A stretch of 61,813 bases of DNA, the filler included. It is 4 parts of 4 records of this genome, joined end to end, with 100 filler letters (N's around TTAATTAATTAA, not from the genome) between each part and the next. Parts side by side here need not be neighbours in the genome. Positions count along the whole stretch, not along the records: positions 1 to 31,029 come from SRR20825019_291; 3 more parts are not named here. One strand, 5' to 3'. Below are positions 11,906 to 21,981 of the stretch, piece after piece (the first letter of the stretch is position 1; the number at the start of each line of letters is the position of its first letter). A model generated the notes under the pieces. That model was not told the DNA's origin. It saw only the letters and a list, made by a program, of their open reading frames with translations, and did not search any database. The position numbers and the translations under genes are program-made.

Positions 11906-14174
11906 ATTTCTCGGTCATCACATGCACGCCATCCCAGTCGGTTGGCGGAGGATTAACCTGATAATTCGAGATGATTTTGAGGTAAACCAAAGAAGGATTG
12001 GTCACCACGCCAGGAGTCACTCCGGGCATATTGGGTTCAAGTTCCTTGCTCTGCTCGAGACACGCGAGTGCGCCTTCCCAATCGCAGGCATAGTGCTTTT
12101 CCAGCCCTTCTTCAAAGAGTCTAATGCACTCACGAGTCTGCTCGGAGACGTGCTCCTTCAAGCCCACGATTTCGAAAATCGGCACGGCTCTGGTCCTTCC
12201 CTTCACCACGATTCGACCCAACCGACGAAAGACCAAGCGATCTCCGCCATGTTCTTCACACGCGAGCTTGGTTGCCTCTGCACACATGGTGTATGCCCCC
12301 CAGGCTTTGGCTCCGGATTCCATCCGGGCGGCAAGATTCACATTATCACCCATCATCGTGTAGTTAAAACGAGAGCGGCTGCCCATGTTTCCAATCATAC
12401 ACACGCCGGTGTTGAGGCCGATGCGAGTCTGCATTTTCCAAACGATCTCCGGCCATTTTTCACCTTCCTCCTGCCATTTGGTGCGCAACTCACTGAGCTT
12501 GTAGTGCACTCGCTGAGTGGCCACGCAGGCGCGATAAGCATGATCTGCCGCCGGGATCGGTGCGCCAAACATCGCGACCACCGCATCGCCAATATACTTG
12601 TCCAGCGTGCCGCCCTCTTCCTGCACGATGTCGGTGCAGGCCGTCAGGTATTCGTTCATCAACTCCACCAACGGTCCCGATTCGAGCACTTCGGAAAAAG
12701 TCGAGAAGGACTGAATATCGGAAAAATACGCCGTGATTTCCGAATCGTGTCCGCCCAATTGCGGGTCGTCACCGGAATCCACCATCTTGTCCACCAACTC
12801 CGGCGAGACATAGGCGCCAAACATCCCTTTGATCCGCCCTTTCTGCTTTTGCTCCTCGATGACCTGCCAGACAAGTGCACCAAAGCTCGTAGTAAACGCA
12901 GCACCCAGTGGAGTCACGATCGGCAGGATCAGCTGCAGTTCCGCGAACACTTTGAAGCACACCCCGACGTAAACCGCCGAAGCCAGCACGGCGACGGTTT
13001 TGAAAAACAATCCCCGACTGCCGCCATGCACCGCCAAACCCGTGACAATAAAAGTGAGACCGAAAACAATCACGTAGTTCACCCAACCGGGCACGTGTTT
13101 GAGAAATTTGCCTGAGACAATCGTCTTCAATAGATTGCCATGCACACCAACCTTCGGGACCGGCACCGCATCAAACGGTGTCACGGCCAAATCTTGTAAC
13201 AACGGATCAGTGGGCCCGACTAAAACCACCGCTCCCTTCCAATCGTTCTGCGCAAAAAACTTTTGGGCGACTTCACGTTCTTCGGGCACCTCAGATTTCA
13301 ACATCTCCGAATAATTATAAACGGTGGAGAATCCTATCCGCGGATTATTTGCATCCGACCACCAGGGCGAAAACCAGTTTACCTCCAACAACTGTTGATC
13401 TTTCAGCGGCACCTTGGCCATAACACTGCCGTCCGGATTGACCAGCTTCAGCCAATCGTCTTCGACCTGAATGGCTTGAGGGCTGAGTCCATAATGCAAA
13501 CGGGCCAGTTCCACACTTAAATGGTAATACGTGCGCACACTGTTCGGTGCAAACAGGGCCACCCATCGCGTCCCTCCATCCAGCGTGTCGATCAGGCCGA
13601 TATTGGGCGGGTTAAAAGGGATGTTTCGACCGATATCAAACTCAGGCCGTTCGGGAGGCTCGAACGAATCCGGATTCGTCCCGGGAGCAAACTTCGAGAG
13701 CAACGGCAACTCGCGCCTGGTCAGTTTCCCATTGATATCCCGAAATACCACCGCCGAGTAGGAAGCGGCCAACACCACCGGCGGATTGCCCCAAAGATAT
13801 TTCGCCAGCTCCCGGTTGCCGGTGACGAGTTTCTTCCGATCCACCGCCTCCGCCACCCCATTCTCAGACATCACCAAATCGAAACCCACTGCGCTCGCTC
13901 TTCCCTCTTCGATCAGAGTTTTGGCAACTCGTGCATAATAGGCCCGGCTCCATGGCTGACCTCCTATCTCGTCAATCGATTGCGAATCAATATCCACATA
14001 CACCACTTTCAGCGGTGAGGGTAATTCACCACGATACTGGAACCGCCAGTCGATGGATTTGTTTTCCGCGAAATCCAGCAGGCCGCTCGCACTTAACAAG
14101 CACCACAGCAGTGGGATCGGGGTAAGTAAAAACCAACGTAGGGAGAGCAAATCTTTCGCCTTTGGCAGGGGCAC
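11904..14174 (-). CDS. CHASE2-domain class III adenylate/guanylate cyclase
   Basis: VVYVDIDSQSI...PWSR CHASE2 start, three TMs, FSDIQSFS, LDKYIGDAVVAMFGAP, YTMMGDNVNLAARME. Confidence 0.95.
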   Translation of the reverse strand: MPLPKAKDLLSLRWFLLTPIPLLWCLLSASGLLDFAENKSIDWRFQYRGELPSPLKVVYVDIDSQSIDEIGGQPWSRAYYARVAKTLIEEGRASAVGFDLVMSENGVAEAVDRKKLVTGNRELAKYLWGNPPVVLAASYSAVVFRDINGKLTRRELPLLSKFAPGTNPDSFEPPERPEFDIGRNIPFNPPNIGLIDTLDGGTRWVALFAPNSVRTYYHLSVELARLHYGLSPQAIQVEDDWLKLVNPDGSVMAKVPLKDQQLLEVNWFSPWWSDANNPRIGFSTVYNYSEMLKSEVPEEREVAQKFFAQNDWKGAVVLVGPTDPLLQDLAVTPFDAVPVPKVGVHGNLLKTIVSGKFLKHVPGWVNYVIVFGLTFIVTGLAVHGGSRGLFFKTVAVLASAVYVGVCFKVFAELQLILPIVTPLGAAFTTSFGALVWQVIEEQKQKGRIKGMFGAYVSPELVDKMVDSGDDPQLGGHDSEITAYFSDIQSFSTFSEVLESGPLVELMNEYLTACTDIVQEEGGTLDKYIGDAVVAMFGAPIPAADHAYRACVATQRVHYKLSELRTKWQEEGEKWPEIVWKMQTRIGLNTGVCMIGNMGSRSRFNYTMMGDNVNLAARMESGAKAWGAYTMCAEATKLACEEHGGDRLVFRRLGRIVVKGRTRAVPIFEIVGLKEHVSEQTRECIRLFEEGLEKHYACDWEGALACLEQSKELEPNMPGVTPGVVTNPSLVYLKIISNYQVNPPPTDWDGVHVMTEK

Positions 14175-14288
14175 AGGAGCGAAGCTAAGATTGCATCCGG
14201 CCCAACGGAAGCAGATTCACAAACAAACCCTCCCCGCCCGCTTGCCGACCGCCTCGCTCGAATATTGAAATTCCGGTGCGCGACCGAA

Positions 14289-15254
14289 TCAGGTTCGACC
14301 ATCGCCGGTCGTCGTGCGCGGCGGCGTCTGCGTGGCCGGTGGACTGGTCGTCGTGGTCGTGGTCCCATCCGCATCCCGTGTTTCCGTCGTCGTGGTCGTG
14401 GTGGTTTCCTCTTCCCCTTCCTCATTCTGAGTCGTCGTGGTCGTCGTCGTTCTGGTAACCGAGGTCGCAGAGGTAAACACCACCGTCGCCGCAGCCACCG
14501 ATACTTCCTGAGCCACCGCCGTCACCTCAGCCTGGGTCGTCGGCGGAGTCTCCCTCACCGTAACCGGAGTAGCCGGTGCCTCCGAGACGGTGATCGCACC
14601 GGTATCGGGGTCCACGTCGATCTCAATCAAGACCTCAACTTCGTTGTTATCGGTGACGGAAATGCCCGCGGGTAAATCCATCGAGCCGGAAGATAGCACC
14701 ACATTACCTTCGACGGTCGTGATGGAAAAGAATGCCTTCCCCGTTCCATCAGGTCGGAATATGATTCGGAAGGTCGTGCCGCGAATACCCGCCGCACCGA
14801 CCGGGGTTTGGACATCAAACGACGAGCCCGCGTCCGAGTTGAGTTTTTTCACGTTACCAACCAGTTCGCCACGGCTCAAATGGAGCTTGGTCGTGGAAAC
14901 AGTCGGTTCAGCGGTGAGCTCGGCCAGAGAGATTTCATCAGCAAACGGATCCTGCAAAAATTCATCGATCGAAAGGGATGAGTCCTGCGCCAAATTGATC
15001 GTCGCTCCGTTTGAGAAGGCAAGGATCACACTGGAATCACCACCAGTAGTCACCACATAGCCCTGAGTGATTTGCGCCCCTCTCTGTAAAGTGATCGTGC
15101 TGCCGTCGGGAGCCACAGCGGTGACATCCCCGGTAGCCTTTGCCACGATAATGAGACCTCCCTCGGTCGGCGCTGATGGCTGACCCAGCGAGGTGACGGG
15201 GACAAAGGCGACCGACGCAAACAACAGCATCCAGGAAAATATTTTTTTATGCAT
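14289..15254 (-). CDS. Exported FecR-domain protein with Thr-rich tail
   Basis: Signal peptide; TGGDSSV.L.FSNG, VQTPVGAAGIRGT.F, VEGNV; C-terminal poly-Thr runs. Confidence 0.85.
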   Translation of the reverse strand: MHKKIFSWMLLFASVAFVPVTSLGQPSAPTEGGLIIVAKATGDVTAVAPDGSTITLQRGAQITQGYVVTTGGDSSVILAFSNGATINLAQDSSLSIDEFLQDPFADEISLAELTAEPTVSTTKLHLSRGELVGNVKKLNSDAGSSFDVQTPVGAAGIRGTTFRIIFRPDGTGKAFFSITTVEGNVVLSSGSMDLPAGISVTDNNEVEVLIEIDVDPDTGAITVSEAPATPVTVRETPPTTQAEVTAVAQEVSVAAATVVFTSATSVTRTTTTTTTQNEEGEEETTTTTTTETRDADGTTTTTTSPPATQTPPRTTTGDGRT

Positions 15255-15273
15255 GTTTCAGGGGTGTTGATGG

Positions 15274-17178
15274 CTAGTTCTCTCTTGCCAATCTTTGGCG
15301 TAAACGCTGGGCCGCGAGGTTCCCGGGGTCAAGACGCAAGCAATACGCCACCGCCGCACGAGCTTGGGGTAATCCGGTCGGATTAAGGCTCAAATGATAC
15401 GCTTGATAATACCACAACAGCGCACTCGCCGGTGCCAATCGCATCGCTTGAACCATATCATCGCCCGCGGCGTGCCACTGCCGTTGCATATCCCTCGCCA
15501 CGGCGCGTCGAATCCAAAATTCAGGCACCATCTGCGTGAGTGTTAGCGCCCGGGAAGCGTAGGCTTCAGCTTCTTTCCCCAAAGCGGCATCACGGCCAGT
15601 TTCAAGATGGGCGCGCAATGCCGTCGCGTAGGCCAGATCTCCCCACGCCTGTGGATGATTTGGATCGATTCGCGTAGCGGTCTGCAATCCGGCCAGCGAC
15701 GACTCCAGCTTTTCACGATACACCGGTTCTCCTTCATCATAGCGCCATAGCGTATCGAGGGTCTGGCGCGCCTCATAACGATGCATCTCCGCCCGGTAGT
15801 GAGGCATCACCCCCCAAATCATCCCAGCTACAACGGCTAAGGATACCAGCCCAAGCCCCGCCCGATCCATCAACCCAATCTGCCGTCGCTCATGATTCAC
15901 CTCACGCCAAAGGACCTGAACCAACAGACCCGACAAAACTGCAAAACTCATCGCGAGCGCGGGGATCTTGAAATGAAAATCAACGATCAGCTGAATCGCA
16001 AAGGCCAGCAACCCCACGGCAAGAGCCTGCCTAAACAACGGATTGGCCCAAATCGATTCCCCCTCGGGATCCAGCGTCGATTCACGTTTAAAGTAACATC
16101 TCAAAAATACCGCAAATGCCGTCCCAAACAACAGCCCAAATCCCACGATGCCGTAATCGCTTAACGTATTCAAATAATCGTTATGCGTCCATTGCGGCTC
16201 ATGCTGATATTTTGCCGGCCGATGCTTTTCGAAGAGAATATTGTAACTGCCGGCACCACTTCCCAACCAGGGGTTCTCCTGGAATAAATTCCACGATCCC
16301 TTCCACATCACAGGACGCGTCCATTCTCCCGACTCCGCCACCATTTGATCCAATCGTTCCCGGGCCTTCGGGCTAGCGTGATAGAGCCCCCATCCCATCA
16401 CGACGATACTCACGGCTACGGCAGCCATCCCACCGACCCGCGACCACCATTTCCGACGACCTGCCAACAGAGGCCAGAGGATCAGGGCCAGGCTGAAGGC
16501 GAGCCAACCCCCTCGACTCACGGTTAAAAAGATCCCCAGCAGAAAGCTGATTCCCAGATATCCAAATAGCACGCGCTGCACTGCAGTCGCATGTTTGCGA
16601 CAAGCCAGTGCCCATGCCGCCGGTGTCATCAGCATTAACAGTGCGGCCAAACTATTGGGAATCCCAAACGGTCCACTGGCTCTTCCTAAAAACTGATCCG
16701 CCTGCGTCCGTCCCATCATCAACCAGTCCGGTTCCACGAATCGTTGATACGCGGCCATCGCAACGGCCACAAATCCGAGGCATCCCATCATCCCCAATAC
16801 GACATGGCGCGGTCTCTGATGTTGGATCCCATTCAACACCACCCAGAAGACGAGGATCATTTGCGCCCACCACAGCCAATCATGCCAACCCAACCAACGG
16901 ACCGGTGTCACCATCTCAACATTGATGGCCGCATAAATGACAAACGGCAGAAAGCACCACCCCGCACGATGAAACCGTCGTTTCTCCCCGCTCCAAGCTC
17001 GACCGGCCAAGTGCACGACGAGCAGTAGAGCGTTCAGCAAACTCGTGACGACCATCGTTTCCGGCCGATAACCTCCCAAACACAACGTCGTCCACCCCAG
17101 ATTGATACTGAGCAGGATCACCAGCAGCCATTCGGTTCTGCGGGAGCGAATCGTTGAGACAGTCGAAGCCGAATTCAC
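15274..17178 (-). CDS. O-antigen ligase / O-oligosaccharyltransferase-like membrane protein with C-terminal TPR-like region
   Basis: Many TMs; RASGPFGIPNSLA, SRGG, W.GSGAGSY, HNDYLNTLSDYGIVG, VDFHFKIPA. Confidence 0.88.
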   Translation of the reverse strand: MNSASTVSTIRSRRTEWLLVILLSINLGWTTLCLGGYRPETMVVTSLLNALLLVVHLAGRAWSGEKRRFHRAGWCFLPFVIYAAINVEMVTPVRWLGWHDWLWWAQMILVFWVVLNGIQHQRPRHVVLGMMGCLGFVAVAMAAYQRFVEPDWLMMGRTQADQFLGRASGPFGIPNSLAALLMLMTPAAWALACRKHATAVQRVLFGYLGISFLLGIFLTVSRGGWLAFSLALILWPLLAGRRKWWSRVGGMAAVAVSIVVMGWGLYHASPKARERLDQMVAESGEWTRPVMWKGSWNLFQENPWLGSGAGSYNILFEKHRPAKYQHEPQWTHNDYLNTLSDYGIVGFGLLFGTAFAVFLRCYFKRESTLDPEGESIWANPLFRQALAVGLLAFAIQLIVDFHFKIPALAMSFAVLSGLLVQVLWREVNHERRQIGLMDRAGLGLVSLAVVAGMIWGVMPHYRAEMHRYEARQTLDTLWRYDEGEPVYREKLESSLAGLQTATRIDPNHPQAWGDLAYATALRAHLETGRDAALGKEAEAYASRALTLTQMVPEFWIRRAVARDMQRQWHAAGDDMVQAMRLAPASALLWYYQAYHLSLNPTGLPQARAAVAYCLRLDPGNLAAQRLRQRLAREN

Positions 17179-17212
17179 AGCACGCAGTTCAATGCGACAC
17201 GACCGAACCGTG

Positions 17213-17248
17213 CAAAAGAAAACGCCACCTCAACCAAGAGGTGGCGTT
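17213..17248 (-). terminator. Intrinsic terminator after glnA
   Basis: Stem AACGCCACCTC/GAGGTGGCGTT followed by TTCTTTT on minus. Confidence 0.8.
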
Positions 17249-17274
17249 GCGTAAATTTGATTCGAAACCCGAAC

Positions 17275-18309
17275 TTACGAAGTCGGCACTGCTTCGATCG
17301 TCTTGAGAATCCGACCGGCGACCAAATAGGGATCGGCCGCAGAGTTCGGACGACGATCTTCCAAGTAGCCCTTGTAGTCGTTGTTCGCAAAAGCATGCGG
17401 AATCCGGATCGAGGCACCCCGGTCGGCGATACCATAGCTGAAGGTATCAATCGATTGGGTCTCATGCAGACCGGTCAGGCGGAGATGATTATCCGGACCA
17501 TAGACTGCGATGTGCTCGTCGAGGTTCTTGCTGAATTCGGCCATGAGCTTCTCGAAGTAGGGCTTACCTCCGACCTCACGAAGATGTTTGGTCGAGAAAT
17601 TGGCATGCATACCGGAACCATTCCAGTCGAGCGCACCGCCAAAGGGACCGCGCAACGGCTTACACTGCCATTCGATATCGATGCCGTAGGTTTCCGCCAA
17701 ACGGAGGAGAATATACCGGGCGACCCAGATCTGATCGGCGGCCTTGCGGGAGCCTTTACCGAAGATTTGAAACTCCCACTGACCCTTGGCCACTTCGGCG
17801 TTGATCCCCTCGTGGTTGATCCCCGCGTCGAGACAGATATCGAGATGCTTCTCAACAATCTCGCGTGCGATACTGCCCACGGCGGCGTAGCCTACACCAG
17901 TGTAGTAAGGACCCTGAGGGGCCGGATAACCACCTGGAGGGAATCCGAGAGGAGCGCCGTCTTCATAGAAGAAATATTCCTGCTCAAAGCCGAACCATGC
18001 ATCGGGATCATCAGGGATCGAGGCGCGGGAATTAGAGGGATGAGGTGTCACGCCGTCTGGCATCATGACTTCCGACATGACCAAAACGCCGTTTTTACGG
18101 GTGCTGTCGGGATAAACAGCGACAGGTTTGAGCACGCAATCCGAGCTCTTGCCTTCCGCTTGCTTCGTGGAGCTACCATCAAAGCCCCAATTGGGCAGGT
18201 CTTCGAGCTTGGGGAAGCTATCGAATTCCTTAATTTGTGTTTTGCTGCGGAGGCCAGCCAATGGCGTATAGCCATCGAGCCAGATGTATTCGAGTTTGAA
18301 TTTAGGCAT
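17275..18309 (-). CDS. glnA: Glutamine synthetase type II
   Basis: LEYIWLDG, WGFDGSST.QA, FGFEQEY, NAEVAKGQWEFQI, DWNGSGMH.NFS, RLTGLHET, EDRRP. Confidence 0.97.
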   Translation of the reverse strand: MPKFKLEYIWLDGYTPLAGLRSKTQIKEFDSFPKLEDLPNWGFDGSSTKQAEGKSSDCVLKPVAVYPDSTRKNGVLVMSEVMMPDGVTPHPSNSRASIPDDPDAWFGFEQEYFFYEDGAPLGFPPGGYPAPQGPYYTGVGYAAVGSIAREIVEKHLDICLDAGINHEGINAEVAKGQWEFQIFGKGSRKAADQIWVARYILLRLAETYGIDIEWQCKPLRGPFGGALDWNGSGMHANFSTKHLREVGGKPYFEKLMAEFSKNLDEHIAVYGPDNHLRLTGLHETQSIDTFSYGIADRGASIRIPHAFANNDYKGYLEDRRPNSAADPYLVAGRILKTIEAVPTS

Positions 18310-18403
18310 ATCAGATATGTTCAGTTACAGGGTTTTGCTACATTTCACCCAGATGTGACCAGCAAGGCTGTTTCCGGATAAAATGTAAAATCACGAATAA
18401 ATA

Positions 18404-18420
18404 AGCAGCTTGCATGCCAG
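18404..18420 (-). promoter_or_regulatory. Putative sigma54 promoter of glnA
   Basis: Minus strand CTGGCATGCAAGCTGCT (GG-N10-GC); IHF-like GATCAATGACTTG at 18468-18480. Confidence 0.8.
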
Positions 18421-18557
18421 TTAATATCGAAAACTCATTTGAGAACCCATAAAATCCATAATTAATACAAGTCATTGATCTACAATATCAAATGATCTCC
18501 AACTCACACTTGCCAGCGCCTCTCAACCCGCCATCCTTGGTCTGAATTTTCTTTGTC

Positions 18558-18956
18558 ATGCCCGAAATCAAAGACTCTGACCGCGCCTTGGTCCACATCA
18601 CCTACGATGGAAGCGTCCACAAGACGTTTCGCGGCTCCATGGCGAAAGAGCGTTTTGAAAACGAGGTAAAAGTGCTTCGCCATTTGGAGTCACGCGGTTG
18701 CGATTTCGTGCCTCGGATCATTGAGGTCGATCCCGATACCCTCACCCTCGTGACGACCAGTTGCGGCTCGCGCGTCGAACGCATCAGTCCGGGCCGTCTC
18801 AAGAAACTCTTCGCGCAACTCGAAGACTACGGAGTGCGTCACGACGATCCCTTTCTCCGCAATGTCACCTATCGGGTTTCAGATGGGCATTTCTGCCTCA
18901 TCGATTTCGAACTCGCTACCCTGATCGACGAACCCCCGGCACCTGCCGATTCTTAA
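18558..18956 (+). CDS. Minimal protein-kinase-like protein (132 aa)
   Basis: VHK lysine, RFENEVKVL helix C glutamate, HDDPFLRN catalytic loop, LIDFE; ends shortly afterwards. Confidence 0.8.
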   Translation: MPEIKDSDRALVHITYDGSVHKTFRGSMAKERFENEVKVLRHLESRGCDFVPRIIEVDPDTLTLVTTSCGSRVERISPGRLKKLFAQLEDYGVRHDDPFLRNVTYRVSDGHFCLIDFELATLIDEPPAPADS

Positions 18957-19838
18957 ATGTCAACGAGCCCCACCGCAAACCGCCACGAGATGCACGACCT
19001 GCGATGGTCCGGCATGACCCATCAGGGGAAAGTGCGCCAGAACAATGAAGACGCCTTTCTCGCCCTGCGTTTCAATGGCAACGAAGTAAACTATCTCGGT
19101 AAAATCGGCGAAGCCCACTCGACCGATTCCGATTTCGTCTTCGCCGTCAGTGACGGGATGGGCGGGGAGAAATCCGGCGAGTTCGCCAGTCGCATCACCA
19201 TCGATAAGCTTTCGATTTGGTTGCCAAAGAACTTCCAGGTCTCGGCCCTCGGCATGGCGAGCAACCCCACTGAGATTCTCTTGGAAATTTTCACCTCCAT
19301 TCATGACGAGTTGAATAAACTGGGGCGCAGCTACGAGGAATGTCAGGGCATGGGCACGACTTTGAGTCTCTGCTGGCTCACTCCGGAACGGCTCTATTTC
19401 GGCCACGTCGGCGATAGCCGCATCTATCATCTCCCGCGCGAAGGCGGTCTGCATCAACTCACCCATGATCACACCCACGCCGGATGGTTGCAGCGCAAAG
19501 GTGAGATCAACGAACGCGAAGCCCGGTCCCACCCGATGCGCCATGCGCTGAGCCAATCACTCGGCTCCAATCGTCAATTCATTGATCCGCAAGTCGGCGC
19601 CGTGGTTTACGAACCCGGGGATCGCTTTATCCTGTGTTCCGATGGACTCACCGATGGACTCTGGGATCGTCACCTGGAGGATTTCATCCGGCACCCCTCT
19701 CCGGAAAATTCACAGAAGAATCCCGCCCAAGTTCTGATCGACGAATCCCTCGAGCGCTCCGGCAAGGACAACCTCACCGCCATCGTCGTCGAAACCATCA
19801 GCGCCTCCACTACCCCACCCTTTCAATCATCAAGTTAA
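18957..19838 (+). CDS. PP2C-family Ser/Thr phosphatase
   Basis: GKVRQNNED, AVSDGMGG, GMGTT, HVGDSRIY, QLTHDH, LCSDGL, DNLT. Confidence 0.95.
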   Translation: MSTSPTANRHEMHDLRWSGMTHQGKVRQNNEDAFLALRFNGNEVNYLGKIGEAHSTDSDFVFAVSDGMGGEKSGEFASRITIDKLSIWLPKNFQVSALGMASNPTEILLEIFTSIHDELNKLGRSYEECQGMGTTLSLCWLTPERLYFGHVGDSRIYHLPREGGLHQLTHDHTHAGWLQRKGEINEREARSHPMRHALSQSLGSNRQFIDPQVGAVVYEPGDRFILCSDGLTDGLWDRHLEDFIRHPSPENSQKNPAQVLIDESLERSGKDNLTAIVVETISASTTPPFQSSS

Positions 19839-20209
19839 TGCCCACGGTTTTTGTTTACGGCACACTTAAACGTGGCGGGCGATACCACTCACTGCTCGCC
19901 CAGCAAAAGCTACTCGGCGAGGCTCGGACCGTAGCCGGCTACACGCTTTATCAACCCTCCGACTATCCCGGCATGGTGCAGGCGGAAGACGATACCGAAG
20001 GAGTCACCGGAGAACTTTGGGAAGTCTCAACCGAGTGCCTCGCTCGCCTCGATGAGCTGGAAGGCCTTCCCCAGAAACTCTACGCCCGCATTCCCATTTC
20101 CATGCTCGCGCCTCACGATTCCGCTCGGGTCGAGTCGTATCTTTACCTTCGACCTGTCAACGGATATCCCCACCTCGGCGCGACTTGGCATCACCCCGCT
20201 AAGGACTGA
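19838..20209 (+). CDS. Gamma-glutamylcyclotransferase (AIG2-like)
   Basis: VFVYGTLKRG, YPGMV, GELWEV, LDELEG..YAR; TAATG stop/start coupling with PP2C. Confidence 0.9.
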   Translation: MPTVFVYGTLKRGGRYHSLLAQQKLLGEARTVAGYTLYQPSDYPGMVQAEDDTEGVTGELWEVSTECLARLDELEGLPQKLYARIPISMLAPHDSARVESYLYLRPVNGYPHLGATWHHPAKD

Positions 20210-20210
20210 G

Positions 20211-20570
20211 CTACTTCAGGTTCTCTTCGGGGACGCGCTGCACACCTGAAAATTTTGCTCGGAACAGCTCTTCAATCTGATCAAGCACACGCTTCGGAAG
20301 GCGCTGGTTCAATTCATCCATACTGGGCAAACCTTCATCCACCGTTTGCGGAGAAGACCAGCTCGCCTCCTCGGGTGACATTTCCGATGATTGATAGGTG
20401 CCTTCCTCGCCTTCATTCGGTCCCACCGGAGCCTCATCATCGTAGATTGCCGTCTCGATACGGGAGCGCGGAGCCTTGGCCTCGACCTTCTTTACCGCAA
20501 TTTTCAGCGGAGCATATTGCGCCTCCGCCAAACTCGCGGCGATCCGCGACTCCAATCGCTCAATCAGGTC
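20211..20570 (-). CDS. Probable C-terminal (tau) extension of DnaX in the -1 frame
   Basis: Frame is open from the A10 run ([12 protein letters not shown]...); acidic linker then V...EELFRAKF..V ending. Confidence 0.65.
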   Translation of the reverse strand, partial: DLIERLESRIAASLAEAQYAPLKIAVKKVEAKAPRSRIETAIYDDEAPVGPNEGEEGTYQSSEMSPEEASWSSPQTVDEGLPSMDELNQRLPKRVLDQIEELFRAKFSGVQRVPEENLK

Positions 20571-21715
20571 TTTTTTTTTTCGCTCTCGTCCGATTCCGGC
20601 ACGGATTCGGCCAGATCTGACAGCTCCTTGATCAGCGAATCAATCGCGCGTGCCCGACTCGCTTCAACTGCCTTGAGCAAAGTAACTTCAAAATTAATTT
20701 TCTCGGCCAACCCGAGTTTCACGCCACCTTCCCCTTCGCGCAACGCATCGAGCATCCGGGTCACCTGCTCAGTGGTCATCGGCGTGTCGCCCAACATCGA
20801 AGTGCGCCCACCCTGCGCAATGGCATCAAGAAGGGCGGTGCGCATATGCGCCTGCAAATCCGACAACAAGCGCACCAAATCGCGCCCCGCGGCGTCGCAT
20901 TCATCAATGACCTTGATGATCGTCTGATGATCGCCAGCGGCCAGGGCACCGGCCAGCCCGGAGACCGTTTCGGCCGCTACCAACCCGTAAACATCAAGCA
21001 CGTCCGGTTCCGAGATCTCCGTGCCGCAAAAGGAGATCATCTGATCAAAGATAGATTGTGCGTCACGCAGCCCCCCATCCGCCATCCGGGCAATGCAGGC
21101 CAGCGCATCATCGGTTACTTCAATTTTTTCCGCCTCCGCGATCTGTTTGAGGCGACCCACGATCAAATCCGCGGCAATCGGCTTCAGATCGAAACGCTGA
21201 CAACGTGAGAGTATTGTCGGGAGCACTTTTTGCACATCCGTCGTTGCGAAAACAAATTTCACGTGCTCCGGCGGCTCTTCCAGGGTCTTCAGGAGCGCAT
21301 TGAATGCCTGATTCGAGAGCATGTGCACTTCATCGATGATGTAGACCTTGAACTTCCCCTGGGTCGGCGCATAGCGCACATCGTCCCGCAAATCACGAAT
21401 CTGATCCACCGAGTTATTCGATGCACCATCGATCTCGATGACATCCATCGAGCTGCCTTCGGCGATGGCCTGCACCACCGGATCATTGACATCGAAATCC
21501 GCATTCGGGCCATCGGTGCAATTCAGCGCTTTGGCAAAAATCCGGGCGGTCGAGGTTTTGCCCGTGCCTCGGGGACCGACAAACAAATAGGCGTGGGCGA
21601 TCCGATCGCGGGCAATCGCATTGCGCAAAGTCCGCACCACATGATCCTGCCCGACCACATCTTCGAAGGTCTGGGGGCGCCATTTTCGGGCGATGACTTG
21701 ATAGGAACTCGACAC
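20564..21715 (-). CDS. dnaX: DNA polymerase III subunit gamma/tau (zero-frame 383 aa product)
   Basis: [56 protein letters not shown]. Confidence 0.98.
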   Translation of the reverse strand: MSSSYQVIARKWRPQTFEDVVGQDHVVRTLRNAIARDRIAHAYLFVGPRGTGKTSTARIFAKALNCTDGPNADFDVNDPVVQAIAEGSSMDVIEIDGASNNSVDQIRDLRDDVRYAPTQGKFKVYIIDEVHMLSNQAFNALLKTLEEPPEHVKFVFATTDVQKVLPTILSRCQRFDLKPIAADLIVGRLKQIAEAEKIEVTDDALACIARMADGGLRDAQSIFDQMISFCGTEISEPDVLDVYGLVAAETVSGLAGALAAGDHQTIIKVIDECDAAGRDLVRLLSDLQAHMRTALLDAIAQGGRTSMLGDTPMTTEQVTRMLDALREGEGGVKLGLAEKINFEVTLLKAVEASRARAIDSLIKELSDLAESVPESDESEKKKT

Positions 21716-21773
21716 GTGATGTTAGACCAAATCCAAAACCGCCAATCGCCAACCCAAAAGAAAAATAAAAAGT

Positions 21774-21869
<96 letters not shown>

Positions 21870-21981
21870 GATGCGGAACGTAGGTGCCTTGGTTCCGCAT
21901 TCAACAGCAAACTGCTTTTTTTACCGAATTCGCCGTCGGCCCCATTGACTAGGCCGCAACCGGGCTTCGCCAAGAAGCCGA

